DNA from: Rhynchopus sp. YZ270_cl-10
Taxonomy: Eukaryota
Assembly (NCBI GenBank): GCA_964035575.1
Contig: OZ037835.1
Location: forward strand, 806,001-870,000
Length of the DNA stretch: 64,000 bases
Direction of reading: 5' to 3'
The notes under the pieces are model-generated. The model was not told the DNA's origin and searched no databases. It saw only the letters and a program-made list of their open reading frames with translations. How positions within the stretch are numbered: the stretch's first letter is position 1; the number at the start of each line of letters is the position of its first letter. The translations under genes and the position numbers were made by a program. Of the stretch, positions 1 through 9,898 are shown one piece after another.

Positions 1-622
1 TCCAAAAACTGGTTTTCAAAAAAAAACAGAGAAATCTGGAGGGAAAAAAAAACCGACACTTTTCACCAGGCCTTTCTGTAAATGTCGTCCCCAGATTAGG
101 GCGGACTCGATTTTTTTCCCCGCATTTTTTCCCCGCCTGGTAGAACCGTGGTTGAACCACGGGAGTGCCTTGGAGAAATGGATGTTCCTTGAATTTTTTT
201 TTGCCTGCGGCGCCATTTTTCATTTTTTGCTCCGCAAAGAAGGGTTCGTTGAGTGGCTCTGTGGTGTAAAAAGCTAGATTTTTACACCGTACCCTCAAAA
301 ATTTTCGCTTGCGGCGCCATTTTATACAGTACAGTCCCTATGTTCCCAATGTCTACCCTGGGTCAGCAGCGCCGAAATATTTTGAGCAAAAAACAAGCTG
401 ACCTCCCCAACTTGAAATCTGGATTGAAATCCTGGATAAGACACTGACCCCACCCCCGAAAAACCCAAAAAAGGTGACTGTGTCCGTCCGGTGGAGGTTT
501 TCGCCGGAAACACTAGTTTTCGCCACCCAGGAGAGAAAACCAGAAAAACCAGTTTTTTCCGGAATTTCGGATTTTTACCCTAATACCCTGGTTCTACAGG
601 CACAAGAAATAACAAAGCAACC

Positions 623-2258
623 TCAGTGCAGAAGCACAACGTACGGTGCATAAGCCTTCTGCTCCACATAGCCGGCAAGCTCTTCGTACTGTGTGCGTTG
701 GTCCTGAGCGACGGTGTCCAGCAGAGAAGACGCCTTCTCAAAGTCCTGTTTGATGATGTGCTCGAAGACCTCGTTCCACACTGCGTGCGGGTTGTTTGCG
801 GCAGACTCCAGCTGGTACATCCACTCCTCGTTTTCGCTGCTGCACAGCCCACGTACGGTAAACACAGTCTGTGCCTTCTCGCTCAGCTTCTCGTACAGCA
901 TCGCACCAGCACAACGCAGTACCACCTGTCCCTCCGCCTCACGCGAAATGTTCTGGTCAACCACACCAGGGAGGTCACGCTTCTTGTTCCAACGCTCCAG
1001 CACAACCACCCACGACATGGACTGCGAAAGAATCGACATCTTCTTCATCCCGTTGCAGCCCATGTTCCCGACACGTGCCTCGCCTGTCGTGCACCCGTAC
1101 GAGATCTTGTGCACATCCCCAAGTGCTGTTGCCACTTCGTGTGCAGCCTTCACACAGGCAGCACTGTGCGACGGCTTCGGAACAAAGGCGTTGAAGGTGG
1201 CAAGCATCTTGTCCCCTGCGAACGTGTCGCACACACCTTTGTTGTGCTGCACTGCTGACATGATGTGCTCCACAATACCACCGTGTGCGGAGAGCGTGCC
1301 ACGACACGACGTTCATGTGTGCCAGCGACACCTTCTTCTTCTTCATCCCTTCCACACGTAGTAGTGCCTTCTGGTTCTGCATCGCAACAACTGAACTCTG
1401 TGACGTACCTGAAGGGGACATGCCTGACTTCTGCGACTTCATAGTCGAAGAGTCCTCTGTCACGGATGCTTCTTTGTCGCTGTCGTTGACAAGCACACTC
1501 TGCGGCATGTAGTTCCGGTACTCCACCAGGTTCGCCACCATGGTAACAAAGCTGCGCTGCATCATCCCGACTTCACTCAGCTGCGACACTGCACGGCCCG
1601 TGTCCACAGCCTCCAGGTCCATCACAGCCACACTTGCCCATCTCACTCCCAAGCTTCAGCAGAGGGGACGTGATGTAGCGTGTGAACACAACAGCAACGG
1701 TCAGAAGTCCTATGACCGCAAGAGCCGTCACAATCGCCATCACAATCACCGCATCCTCCTTCTGTGCGTCTGCAGAGGACAGATCTGATGCCACCTTCGC
1801 ACGGATTGCATTCGTCGACGCATCAATTGTCTCCATCACAGACACCCTCGGCACAAGAAGGTTCGCGAATAATTTGATCGTTTTGTGTTCAATTTTCGAC
1901 GTGATTGTCCAGTACTCCGTGCCGTTCGAGTCAGACCACTTCAGGAAGGAGTCCTCTATCATCTCCACAAGGTCTCTGTAGTTCTGTGGGTGTGTGAACA
2001 CAAACCGCCCATGCTCTGCAATCACTGAGGGGATGTGCAACGTCGCGTCTTCCATTGAGTGGTTCGTTACGTTGAAGCTGGAAGCTATCGGGGTGGAAAC
2101 ACCCCAGGGAAGCGTTATGGTCGTCACCCGCAGTTGCCTTCCTCTGTTGTACGAGACAAGCGTTCCCGTTGAGTCAGCTGCAGAGTCGTACTCCACCAGG
2201 TACAGGGACGCGTCGTCTGGGAGCAGCTGTGAATTCACTGCCTCTGATACCCCCACTG
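623..2258 (-). pseudogene. Receptor-type class III nucleotidyl cyclase-like gene (extracellular region, TM helix, HAMP, cyclase-like domain); 5'-truncated with two frameshifts
   Basis: Three consecutive ORFs join into one protein. 1573..2280 ends in a TM helix (AVIVMAIVTALAVIGLLTVAVVF). 975..1652 has a HAMP-like segment (ASVAVMDLEAV...SQLSEVGMMQRSFVTMVANLVEYRNYMPQSVL). 623..1273 has cyclase-like motifs (DTFAGDKMLATFN, GEARVGNMG). Extra G in a GGG run at ~1637-1639 and a second break near 1275-1295. The 5' end abuts the NLR 3' flank at ~2258. Confidence 0.7.
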
Positions 2259-2393
2259 CCGCCCTTCTGTCCTCGCACAACGCACCCGCAGTGGCATGAG
2301 GGCACTACCGCACGAGGCAGTGTCAACGTCGTACTCAGACTGCATTCGTCTTGGAAAAGAGGCAAACACAAAGAGCAAGTACGAACAGTGCGC

Positions 2394-5300
2394 TCACTCC
2401 TTGCTGTCCAAAATAATCCGTCTCGCAAGTTCAGGTTCCACAGCATCAGCATTGCGACAGCCTAATGCACGAGGAACTGTTGGAGGGACACCGATCACTC
2501 TCTTCAGCCGAAACCCATCAATCGTCCCGTCTTCCCCAGTGCAGATGCTCCACACACGCACGGTGTCGTCCGAGCAACCACATATCACTTCGCGTCCATC
2601 GGGGCTCACAGCAATACTGAAAAAATTAGTACAATGCCCTTGAATCTCTGCCACCTGCTCACCAGTGGTCATGCTCCACACACGCACATACGCACTGCCA
2701 CCGTGCCGAGCGCACGACACCACGTGGCCTCCATCAGGTGTGATTGCCACTCCGCACATCCAACCAGATTGCTGCAAGGTAAAGACCTCCTTCCCGCTGC
2801 CAGCATCCCACACACGCACAGCTTCGTTACAGTATGAAACAACACGAGACCCATCGGGAGTCATAGCCACACCTTCGGCATCATTGTGTTCGAACTCCAT
2901 CATGTTTTCTCCAGTGTGAAACATCCACAGATGTACATTGTTGTTACAGCACGAAACCACATGCACTCCATCAGCGCTCACTACTATATTCTGTCCGACT
3001 GTGAGTCCTTTAAATCTTCCGTGAGCTGGACAGGATCCCACCTCCTTCCCAGTCAGCATGTTCCACACACGGACAGTGTCCCTACGCCAAGAACATGTCA
3101 CCACGTGAGATGCATCGGGAGACAATGCGATACCTGCCTGTTCTGAACACTCCTTTGCAAACTCACTGGAAGCTGTGCATAACGTCATTTCCTTCCCCGT
3201 CGCAACGTTCCACACATGCACACTGCTTTCGCCAACGTCGTCGGAAGAGCAATCAACTAGATGAGATCCATCTGGGAACACCGTCACAGCCATACGATTC
3301 TTTGTGTCTGGTGCAAACACCTGTGTCTGCTTGCCGGTGGATGCGTTCCACATGTGTATCTTCTTCTCACTGCGCGAAATGATAGATCCATCAGGGGTCG
3401 CTCCCACAGAACCCACTGAGGATGAGGGTGCCTCGAAACCTGGTGCCTCCTTCCCTGTCATTATGTTCCACACTCGAATAGTTTTGTCGTAGGAGCATGA
3501 AACCACGTGGCATCCATCTGGTGACACTCGCACTGCATACACAGCTTTCGTATGTCCTTGCAACGCCATCACCTCCTTCCCAGTCGAAATGCTCCAAATA
3601 TGCAAATTGCCACTAAAGGATCCAGCGACCACGTGACATCCATCGGGAGTTACTGCAACACAAATCAACCGAGTGTGAGAATGGAACACCATCACCTCTG
3701 CCCCAGTCGAGAGGTTCCAAAGATGTGCATCCTCCTTAAAGCACGAAACAACATGCAATCCATCGGGGGTGACAGCTAGGGCATGTAGTGACGCCACACA
3801 GCAAGGCCACTGCCTCTCCTGCTTCCCCGTCACCAGATCCCATACGCACAGCTGCTTCTTCGAGCACGTCACAATGTGACTTCCGTCCATCGTAAGAACC
3901 ATGCTGTAAATGCCAGTCGACTCCATTGCCAGCAGTTCCTTCCCCGTCGAGAGATGCCACACACGGACGTCGGCTTGAGAACATGAAACAACTTTAGAAC
4001 TGTCGGGAGTGACTGCCACCTCGGTCACTTTACCTTCGTGACGTTCGAAAGTAACCACTACCTCACGAGTGTGCACATCCCACACACGCACCGTCTTGTC
4101 ATCAGAGCAGGAAACTATGCGATTGCAGTCAGGTGTTACTACTACTCCACATACACCTTTCACATGCCCTTCCAAGACCATCACCTCTTCCCCAGAAGAC
4201 ATGCTCCATACATGAATAGTTCCATCAGAGCCACCTGTCACAATTTGAGTGCCATCAGGAGTGACTGCTACATCTTTGGCACCAAGCTGCAGTACAGGAA
4301 GTGGTGTGCCAAGGGAGCAGTCAGGCAGCATCGTGCCACCCATGTCGCAGGTGTGGAACTCAGCGTGCTCCAGCCAGCAGTTCGAGAAGGAAGCACCCGT
4401 CAGCGCCGTCTCCACAAACAGAGACCCGCGAAGGTCGCAGTTCGACACACGGATCCCGCTCAGGTCCTCCCCACTCACAGGGATGCGTGCACGTGCCAGC
4501 AGTGCTGCTGCATTCGACCCTGCTGTCACAGCACCCTCACTACAGACACCTGCATCTCCATCTGAACTGCCACGTGTCGCCTTCACAGCCGCAAGCAGCT
4601 CTGTGCAGGCACGTTCGTACAGCACACTGTCTCCATACACCAGCGCCGCAAAGAACCCAAGCACACGCTGCGAGTCCTTGCTGAAGCTCCGCTGCACCAG
4701 CGTCCCCAGTGTCCCTGCTGGGTCACGTGCAAGCCGCCGTGCTGCAAGGTGCTCCCCAAGCGACTTGTGCCGGAACGTGAACGCACTCCGCTCCTCCCCA
4801 AAGTCCTCAATCCGGAACGGCAGGCAGCGGAAGCACGCATCCCACACAGCCTCACACACACCGTGCTGCGAATCAAGAATCTGCGACGCCACACCCACAG
4901 TCCCCTGCCACTCGTTTGTCTCCAGCATCCTGCATGCAACAAGCTCCCCTGCACGCACCACATCCTCCAAAGACACATCCGAAACAGCAACAGCAACAGC
5001 AACTCCACCAGACGCCATCTCCTTCTTCGTCCACGTCTCCAGGTAGGCCTCGTAGATCACCTCCTCAGAAGCCTTCCCGCTGCACTGTGCGTGGCACGCC
5101 ATGTGCAGCACAAACGGGTTCCGCAGCTGCACAAGTCCCTCAACGTCCTCCTCACGCACGAAGACTGTCCGCTCTCCATCCTTCTCCTTCTCCTTCCCCT
5201 CTTTGTGTTCCTTCTCCCAGGCTGTGTTTGCACGCTCGATGTACGTTCTCGCATCCACCTCTGTGAACGGCTGCATGTACACAGCACGCACACCAGCACC

Positions 5301-7541
5301 ACACACACCAGACGGAGACGTGTCCACACCCTTCAGGTACTCACCACGCACAGTCACAACAACGCTGCAGTGTGCCTTCACCCACGGATGCCGGCACAGA
5401 AGGCCACCCTCAGCCACCACAGCACCCACATCCTCCTGCGTCAGCCCCACCTCGTCCAGCGAGTCCAGCACCAGCACCACCTCGTACGTCTCCGCAAGGT
5501 ACGCACGGTCCGCCTCCCGCAGCGCAAACGACTCCAGCACAAACCTGTCCAGCCCTCCCTTCTCAAGCAGGTGCTGCTTCACAGTCGGCAGCGCCACAAA
5601 CACAGGGAAGTACGGCTTCGCATCCACATCCGCAGTCACATCACTCACCACGCTGTTTCTTTTCCTGTTCGTGTCTTCGTTGCTGGTGCTTTCGCTCTTC
5701 CTCGCAGACGTTGCAAGGTCGCTCAGAATTGCAATCGAAGCAGACGTCTTCCCGCTCCCTCCTTCTCCGATCACACACAGCACACCACACGTCCCTTGTC
5801 TTTCTTCTCTCGCATCCACATCAGGCTTGCGCTCTGTGCCCGCTGCCTGTGTGCACACGGAAGACGTCGGCCTCCTACGTACACGTGCACGAAGCCACCT
5901 CCGCACCTCCTCCATCAGCGGACGTGTCTCCGACTCATCCACACGTGTGTCGTCCCCCACACGCCCCTCCACGTACTGCGCAAGGTAGTCCTTGAACAAC
6001 GCGACTGTGTGTCCCATCACCTCCTGCAGCGCACCCACCTGCTCAGCCGCACTCGTCTCCCCCACACCAGCACACACCTCCTGCATCACAATCACGTCAA
6101 AGCGCAGCCCCATCATCCGCAGCAACGTCGGCGAAAGCTTCCACTGCACCCGGTACTCGATGTTCGCTGTGTACAGCAGCTCGTCCTCCGAAGCATACAC
6201 AGACGAGAACTTCACGTCTGCAGCACCCTCCTTCGCCACCACCACAAAGAACGTCCCACCCTTCCCGTACATGAAGCTCCGAGCCACATCCCGCTTCAGT
6301 GTTGTTGACGTGAAGCAGTTCCACACAATGTGCGTATTAAGAGCGTACTTCGCAGACACGTTCACATTGATCCCACGGAACACAGTCCGCAGCTGCTTCC
6401 GACGGCTCCCAATCAGCCGGTCCAGACCACGGATCAGCGGCGCAAAGGTCGCAATCACGTGCAGCTGCGGGGGTGCGGGTGACAGCTCAAACACGTTCGG
6501 TGCTGTCTTCCCAGGTGTCCCCTTCCACTCCTTCACTGCAGCCAGCTGCCCCACAGCACGCATCGCAGTGTTCATCGTCATGTACAGCGCAAGCGACTGT
6601 GACTTCACATCAGCAGCACTCCCGTGGTTGTCCAGCACAGCCCGCTCCGTCAGTCTGATGTACCGCAGCTTCCCGTCAGGCCCTTTTGCAATCTGCGGTG
6701 TCCCGTCCTCGTCACACACAACATCCCCGCCGCTGTCCAGCACATACTCCACGCAGTCAGACGTGAACAGGAACCCCGACAGCAGCAGCTCAAACGGGTC
6801 GCGTGCCGCCATCCAGTCCTCCACCTCCACGTGCCCACCACGTGTCCCCGCAGCCTCCCTCCGTCCTCTCATGTCCTCCAGCAGACGCTTGCACACCACA
6901 CGGAACCCCGCCTCCATGTGCCGCACGTGTTCGTCTGTGTAGCCCAACGGCGGATCCACCTTTGGCAGACCACGCAGCCAGCACAGCAGGTCTTCACCTC
7001 CATTGCTGTTCTTGTTGTTGTTGTCGTCTGTTTTCCGCAGCCACTCCACCTTCCGTCCGTCTGTGTGCCGCAGTGCACCCGTGTCCCCGTCAAGATCGTC
7101 CTCTCCCAGCTGTCTGTCACCTGTCGAGGTGTTCGTGTCTTTCGCCATGTCCATGTGAGGATCAGTAAGAGGTGCTGTCGTTGCATCACCTGTTGTTGTT
7201 GTTGTTGTGGCGACACCGTGAGTGAGGTACACCTGCACAGCATCCTCCACCTCCACAAGGATCTCTGCTGCATGCACCCCCAGCTCCGCCTCAAGTCGCC
7301 CCCGCACATCCGCGTCCCTGTGCTGCAGTGCGTACCACAGCGGCACCTTCCCGTCCCTGTCACGCACGTTCCCTGCCCCGTTCAAAACAAGAAACCGCAC
7401 TGCCTCCACGTCCCCCGCAAGCACAGCACTGTGCAGCATTGTCCTCCCGTCCACGCTGTCCACTGCGTCCACGGGCCTCTCCTTCCCAGTAATTCCTTTT
7501 GCAATCTCGTCCTTTTCAGGCTTCGACGCTCCGGATCCCAT
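2394..7541 (-). CDS. NLR-like protein copy 1 (1715 aa from MGSGASK): ankyrin, ADP-ribosyltransferase, NACHT, pentapeptide, WD40
   Basis: ANK: GRTMLHSAVLAGDVEAVRFLV...GKVPLWYA. ART: LYMTMNTAMR, VFRG, FTSTT, SEDELL (~6140-6600). Walker A GEGGSGKT (~5745-5769), Walker B VVLVLDSLDE, distal FRHKSLGEHLAA. Pentapeptides DLSGIRVSNCDLRGSLFVETALTGASFSNCWLEHAEF. More than 12 WD40 repeats (VAVTPDG...VRVWD). ATG at 7541 matches the start of copy 3. Confidence 0.92.
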   Translation of the reverse strand: MGSGASKPEKDEIAKGITGKERPVDAVDSVDGRTMLHSAVLAGDVEAVRFLVLNGAGNVRDRDGKVPLWYALQHRDADVRGRLEAELGVHAAEILVEVEDAVQVYLTHGVATTTTTTGDATTAPLTDPHMDMAKDTNTSTGDRQLGEDDLDGDTGALRHTDGRKVEWLRKTDDNNNKNSNGGEDLLCWLRGLPKVDPPLGYTDEHVRHMEAGFRVVCKRLLEDMRGRREAAGTRGGHVEVEDWMAARDPFELLLSGFLFTSDCVEYVLDSGGDVVCDEDGTPQIAKGPDGKLRYIRLTERAVLDNHGSAADVKSQSLALYMTMNTAMRAVGQLAAVKEWKGTPGKTAPNVFELSPAPPQLHVIATFAPLIRGLDRLIGSRRKQLRTVFRGINVNVSAKYALNTHIVWNCFTSTTLKRDVARSFMYGKGGTFFVVVAKEGAADVKFSSVYASEDELLYTANIEYRVQWKLSPTLLRMMGLRFDVIVMQEVCAGVGETSAAEQVGALQEVMGHTVALFKDYLAQYVEGRVGDDTRVDESETRPLMEEVRRWLRARVRRRPTSSVCTQAAGTERKPDVDAREERQGTCGVLCVIGEGGSGKTSASIAILSDLATSARKSESTSNEDTNRKRNSVVSDVTADVDAKPYFPVFVALPTVKQHLLEKGGLDRFVLESFALREADRAYLAETYEVVLVLDSLDEVGLTQEDVGAVVAEGGLLCRHPWVKAHCSVVVTVRGEYLKGVDTSPSGVCGAGVRAVYMQPFTEVDARTYIERANTAWEKEHKEGKEKEKDGERTVFVREEDVEGLVQLRNPFVLHMACHAQCSGKASEEVIYEAYLETWTKKEMASGGVAVAVAVSDVSLEDVVRAGELVACRMLETNEWQGTVGVASQILDSQHGVCEAVWDACFRCLPFRIEDFGEERSAFTFRHKSLGEHLAARRLARDPAGTLGTLVQRSFSKDSQRVLGFFAALVYGDSVLYERACTELLAAVKATRGSSDGDAGVCSEGAVTAGSNAAALLARARIPVSGEDLSGIRVSNCDLRGSLFVETALTGASFSNCWLEHAEFHTCDMGGTMLPDCSLGTPLPVLQLGAKDVAVTPDGTQIVTGGSDGTIHVWSMSSGEEVMVLEGHVKGVCGVVVTPDCNRIVSCSDDKTVRVWDVHTREVVVTFERHEGKVTEVAVTPDSSKVVSCSQADVRVWHLSTGKELLAMESTGIYSMVLTMDGSHIVTCSKKQLCVWDLVTGKQERQWPCCVASLHALAVTPDGLHVVSCFKEDAHLWNLSTGAEVMVFHSHTRLICVAVTPDGCHVVAGSFSGNLHIWSISTGKEVMALQGHTKAVYAVRVSPDGCHVVSCSYDKTIRVWNIMTGKEAPGFEAPSSSVGSVGATPDGSIISRSEKKIHMWNASTGKQTQVFAPDTKNRMAVTVFPDGSHLVDCSSDDVGESSVHVWNVATGKEMTLCTASSEFAKECSEQAGIALSPDASHVVTCSWRRDTVRVWNMLTGKEVGSCPAHGRFKGLTVGQNIVVSADGVHVVSCCNNNVHLWMFHTGENMMEFEHNDAEGVAMTPDGSRVVSYCNEAVRVWDAGSGKEVFTLQQSGWMCGVAITPDGGHVVSCARHGGSAYVRVWSMTTGEQVAEIQGHCTNFFSIAVSPDGREVICGCSDDTVRVWSICTGEDGTIDGFRLKRVIGVPPTVPRALGCRNADAVEPELARRIILDSKE

Positions 7542-8367
7542 TTTCCTGATGTGTCTTGTGTTGTCCCTGTTCGTGTGTTGTGGGATGTGGTCAGGGTTGT
7601 GGGACCCAGCCATCAAGTGAAGGATGACAAGACACTATCTTACGTGCAACACAATGTTGATTTAGCACACATGGAAGGGGAACAGAGGGGTGGTTGGGTA
7701 TCGTTTGTTTTACGTTCTTTCTTTTTTGTGAAAACTGTTTTTGAAAAGGTTCTCCGTCAAGGATGCGAAGATGTGTGCAGGTGTGGTGGGGGCGTTTGTT
7801 AGCTGAGAGGGGACACACTGTCGTTTCTCTACTGAGGGCAGAGAGGTCACCACAGATACACCTCACAGGTAAAGGTGTCTCATGCCTCTTGTGGTGTTTT
7901 CTTGGGTCGTAATCATCATGTGACGAAGTTGATACATTCCGCACAATCCGACAAAAAAGAGAGAAATCACACAACACAATAGAGGAGTGCATCCTCAGGT
8001 ATGTACATTAATACAACGAAGCATTTAGAAGTGTTGTTTCATATACATTATATTCTGACGAAAAGAAGGTGTGGGGGGTGCTAAAAATGTACCCTTGCTT
8101 TTTTTTATGTTTTCTGTGGTTATGATAAGCATTTAAAAGCAGTAAAAACATACATTCTCGAACATTTCTACCGTGATTGTCATTGGGCGTCTCCCCTAAA
8201 AAAAAGAAGAAAGCACACAACACAGCGATCATGAGGACAGTCTTAAGAAAAGGTCGAAGAGCTAACCCGTTGGTGTGTTGTGTTTTTTTAAAATGCTCGA
8301 GAGACGTTCCCTTTGCTTGTTTGCTCAAAAAGACTATAAAACGGGGAGAAGGGAAAAAATAGAAGGC

Positions 8368-9062
8368 AAAGGGGGGGTCCAAATAACTATATTATTCGGT
8401 AACTTTGAAAAGCCAAAATCGCGGCAAAAAAAAAAAAGTTATTTGGAACCTAAGTTATTTGGGGGTAAACTTATTTGGGCACTGAAAACAGGGTTTTTTC
8501 TCGTTGCCAACTTGGTGAAGATTTTAGACACCGGTATTTGCATTTTTGGAATCCGTACGGCCAGTGGTGGGGTCAATTTGCCAAAATGGACAAGTTCTCG
8601 TTTTTGATCAATTTCCTCATAGTACACAGTAGCAGGACAGCACCAGAGGTCGGGGGTTGGGGTCCAAAAGTCGGGAGTCGGCGGGAGGGTCAACTCTTAT
8701 TTTCTGTTTTCCTGTTTTGTAGTTTGGTAAAGACCCCAGAAGACCCGACCGCCCGAATGATGATGCTGCTTTAAATCTGTTTCGCCCCAGACTTCCTTCT
8801 CCAGCGTGGCTGCCGCCTAGATGATTATATCTGTGGTGTAAAAAACTAGCTTTTTACACCGTACCATAAAATTTTTTCGCCTGCGGCGCCATTTTATATA
8901 GTACACATATCAGTTTGGGGGAAATTTTTGAAAAATAAAAAAGGAGGTGAGAGGGGGCGAAGTTATTCGGTAACTTTTTCGGCACCCAAAATCTGAGGAA
9001 AAAAAAAGTTATTTGGGAAAATAGCTATTATTTGGGGGTAAACTTGTTTGGGCCCCCCCTTT
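8368..9062. mobile_element. Composite non-autonomous element with imperfect TIRs and internal repeats
   Basis: AAAGGGGGGGTCCAAATAA at 8368 is inverted at ~9044-9062. Internal direct repeat TTATTCGGTAACTTT...TTATTTGGGGGTAAACTT (8392-8480 vs 8962-9052). Contains segments shared with 42130-43680 and with 200-330. No clear TSD. Confidence 0.5.
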
Positions 9063-9641
9063 ATTTGCTGGTCGCTTCCAAACTCAAAGCGGGCCATATT
9101 CTGCGCAAGAATTACCCCCTATTAGTTATCAAACACAAAAAATACACCACAAATGGAAATGTGCGCACAACGGGAGATCCCCGGGGTTGACTGGGAGCTG
9201 CCTCCCAGTAAGCTTAAAGAGGGGTTTTTTTAGAGTAAGTTGAAGAAATAAATTTCTTTTTAAAACAAAAGGGCGCTCCGTATCCAAAGTAACCCTAAAG
9301 AAAGGGGAGATTGTAGAAAGTTAAAAAAATGGGGACAAAAGGTGAAAAAAAAAGGGTCTTCTGTTTTTGTCTCCCATATCCAAGGTAACCCTAAATAAAG
9401 GGGAGGTGTGTGCTAAGTGCGAAGCACAGAAGGGTACGTTTGTGAACAAAGTGTGGAGATGGAAGCAAAGGCTAGGATGGGCAAAGGGGTACATCGAAAC
9501 TCTTACGTACCATGAACGTGGCAGATCCAAAAAGAAACAATAATTAAAAAAAACCCCGTTCGTCTTTTGTTTTGTTGGTACGATACCTGCATAACGGTAC
9601 CAAGTGCACAGTAAGTTGTGTGTGAAGTGCAGGTGGAAGAC

Positions 9642-9898
9642 ATCTTAACGTACACACTCTGTTGATTCTAAAAACGGGGGGTGGGGGGAAAAAAATCTCG
9701 AATAGAAAAATGGGGGAGATATTGAAAAGTTGGAACGCTTCCTCATCCAGATCACAATAAAATGGTGCGCTTTTTATCTTTTTTTGTGTGATCTGGGGTG
9801 AGGAAGCGTTCCAACTTTTCAACCTCTTCCCCAATTTACCTTTCACGCCTTTTTTACCCTCCCCCGTTTTAGAATCAACAGAGAGTGTACGTTAAGAT
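9642..9898. mobile_element. MITE with ~35-bp TIR
   Basis: ATCTTAACGTACAC(A/T)CTCTGTTGATTCTAAAA..GGGG at both ends in inverted orientation. Its right half recurs inverted at ~36531-36658. Confidence 0.65.

Noticed and set aside
1..590. Right end of a probable TIR element (…ACCCTAATACCCTG) with GCCTGCGGCGCC motifs also at ~8880 and ~54490-54580
   Set aside because: The left end is outside the window, so TIR and TSD cannot be verified.
7542..7616. N-terminal extensions of NLR copies 1 and 2 (also 28283-28351)
   Set aside because: They start at non-ATG or unshared codons, are absent in copy 3, and would mask the MGxxxS motif.
4038..7802. Long plus-strand ORFs (up to 587 aa) overlapping each NLR copy
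   Set aside because: Antisense shadows of GTG-rich coding sequence. They are His/Ser/Thr-rich, have no domain motifs, and break at different places in different copies.
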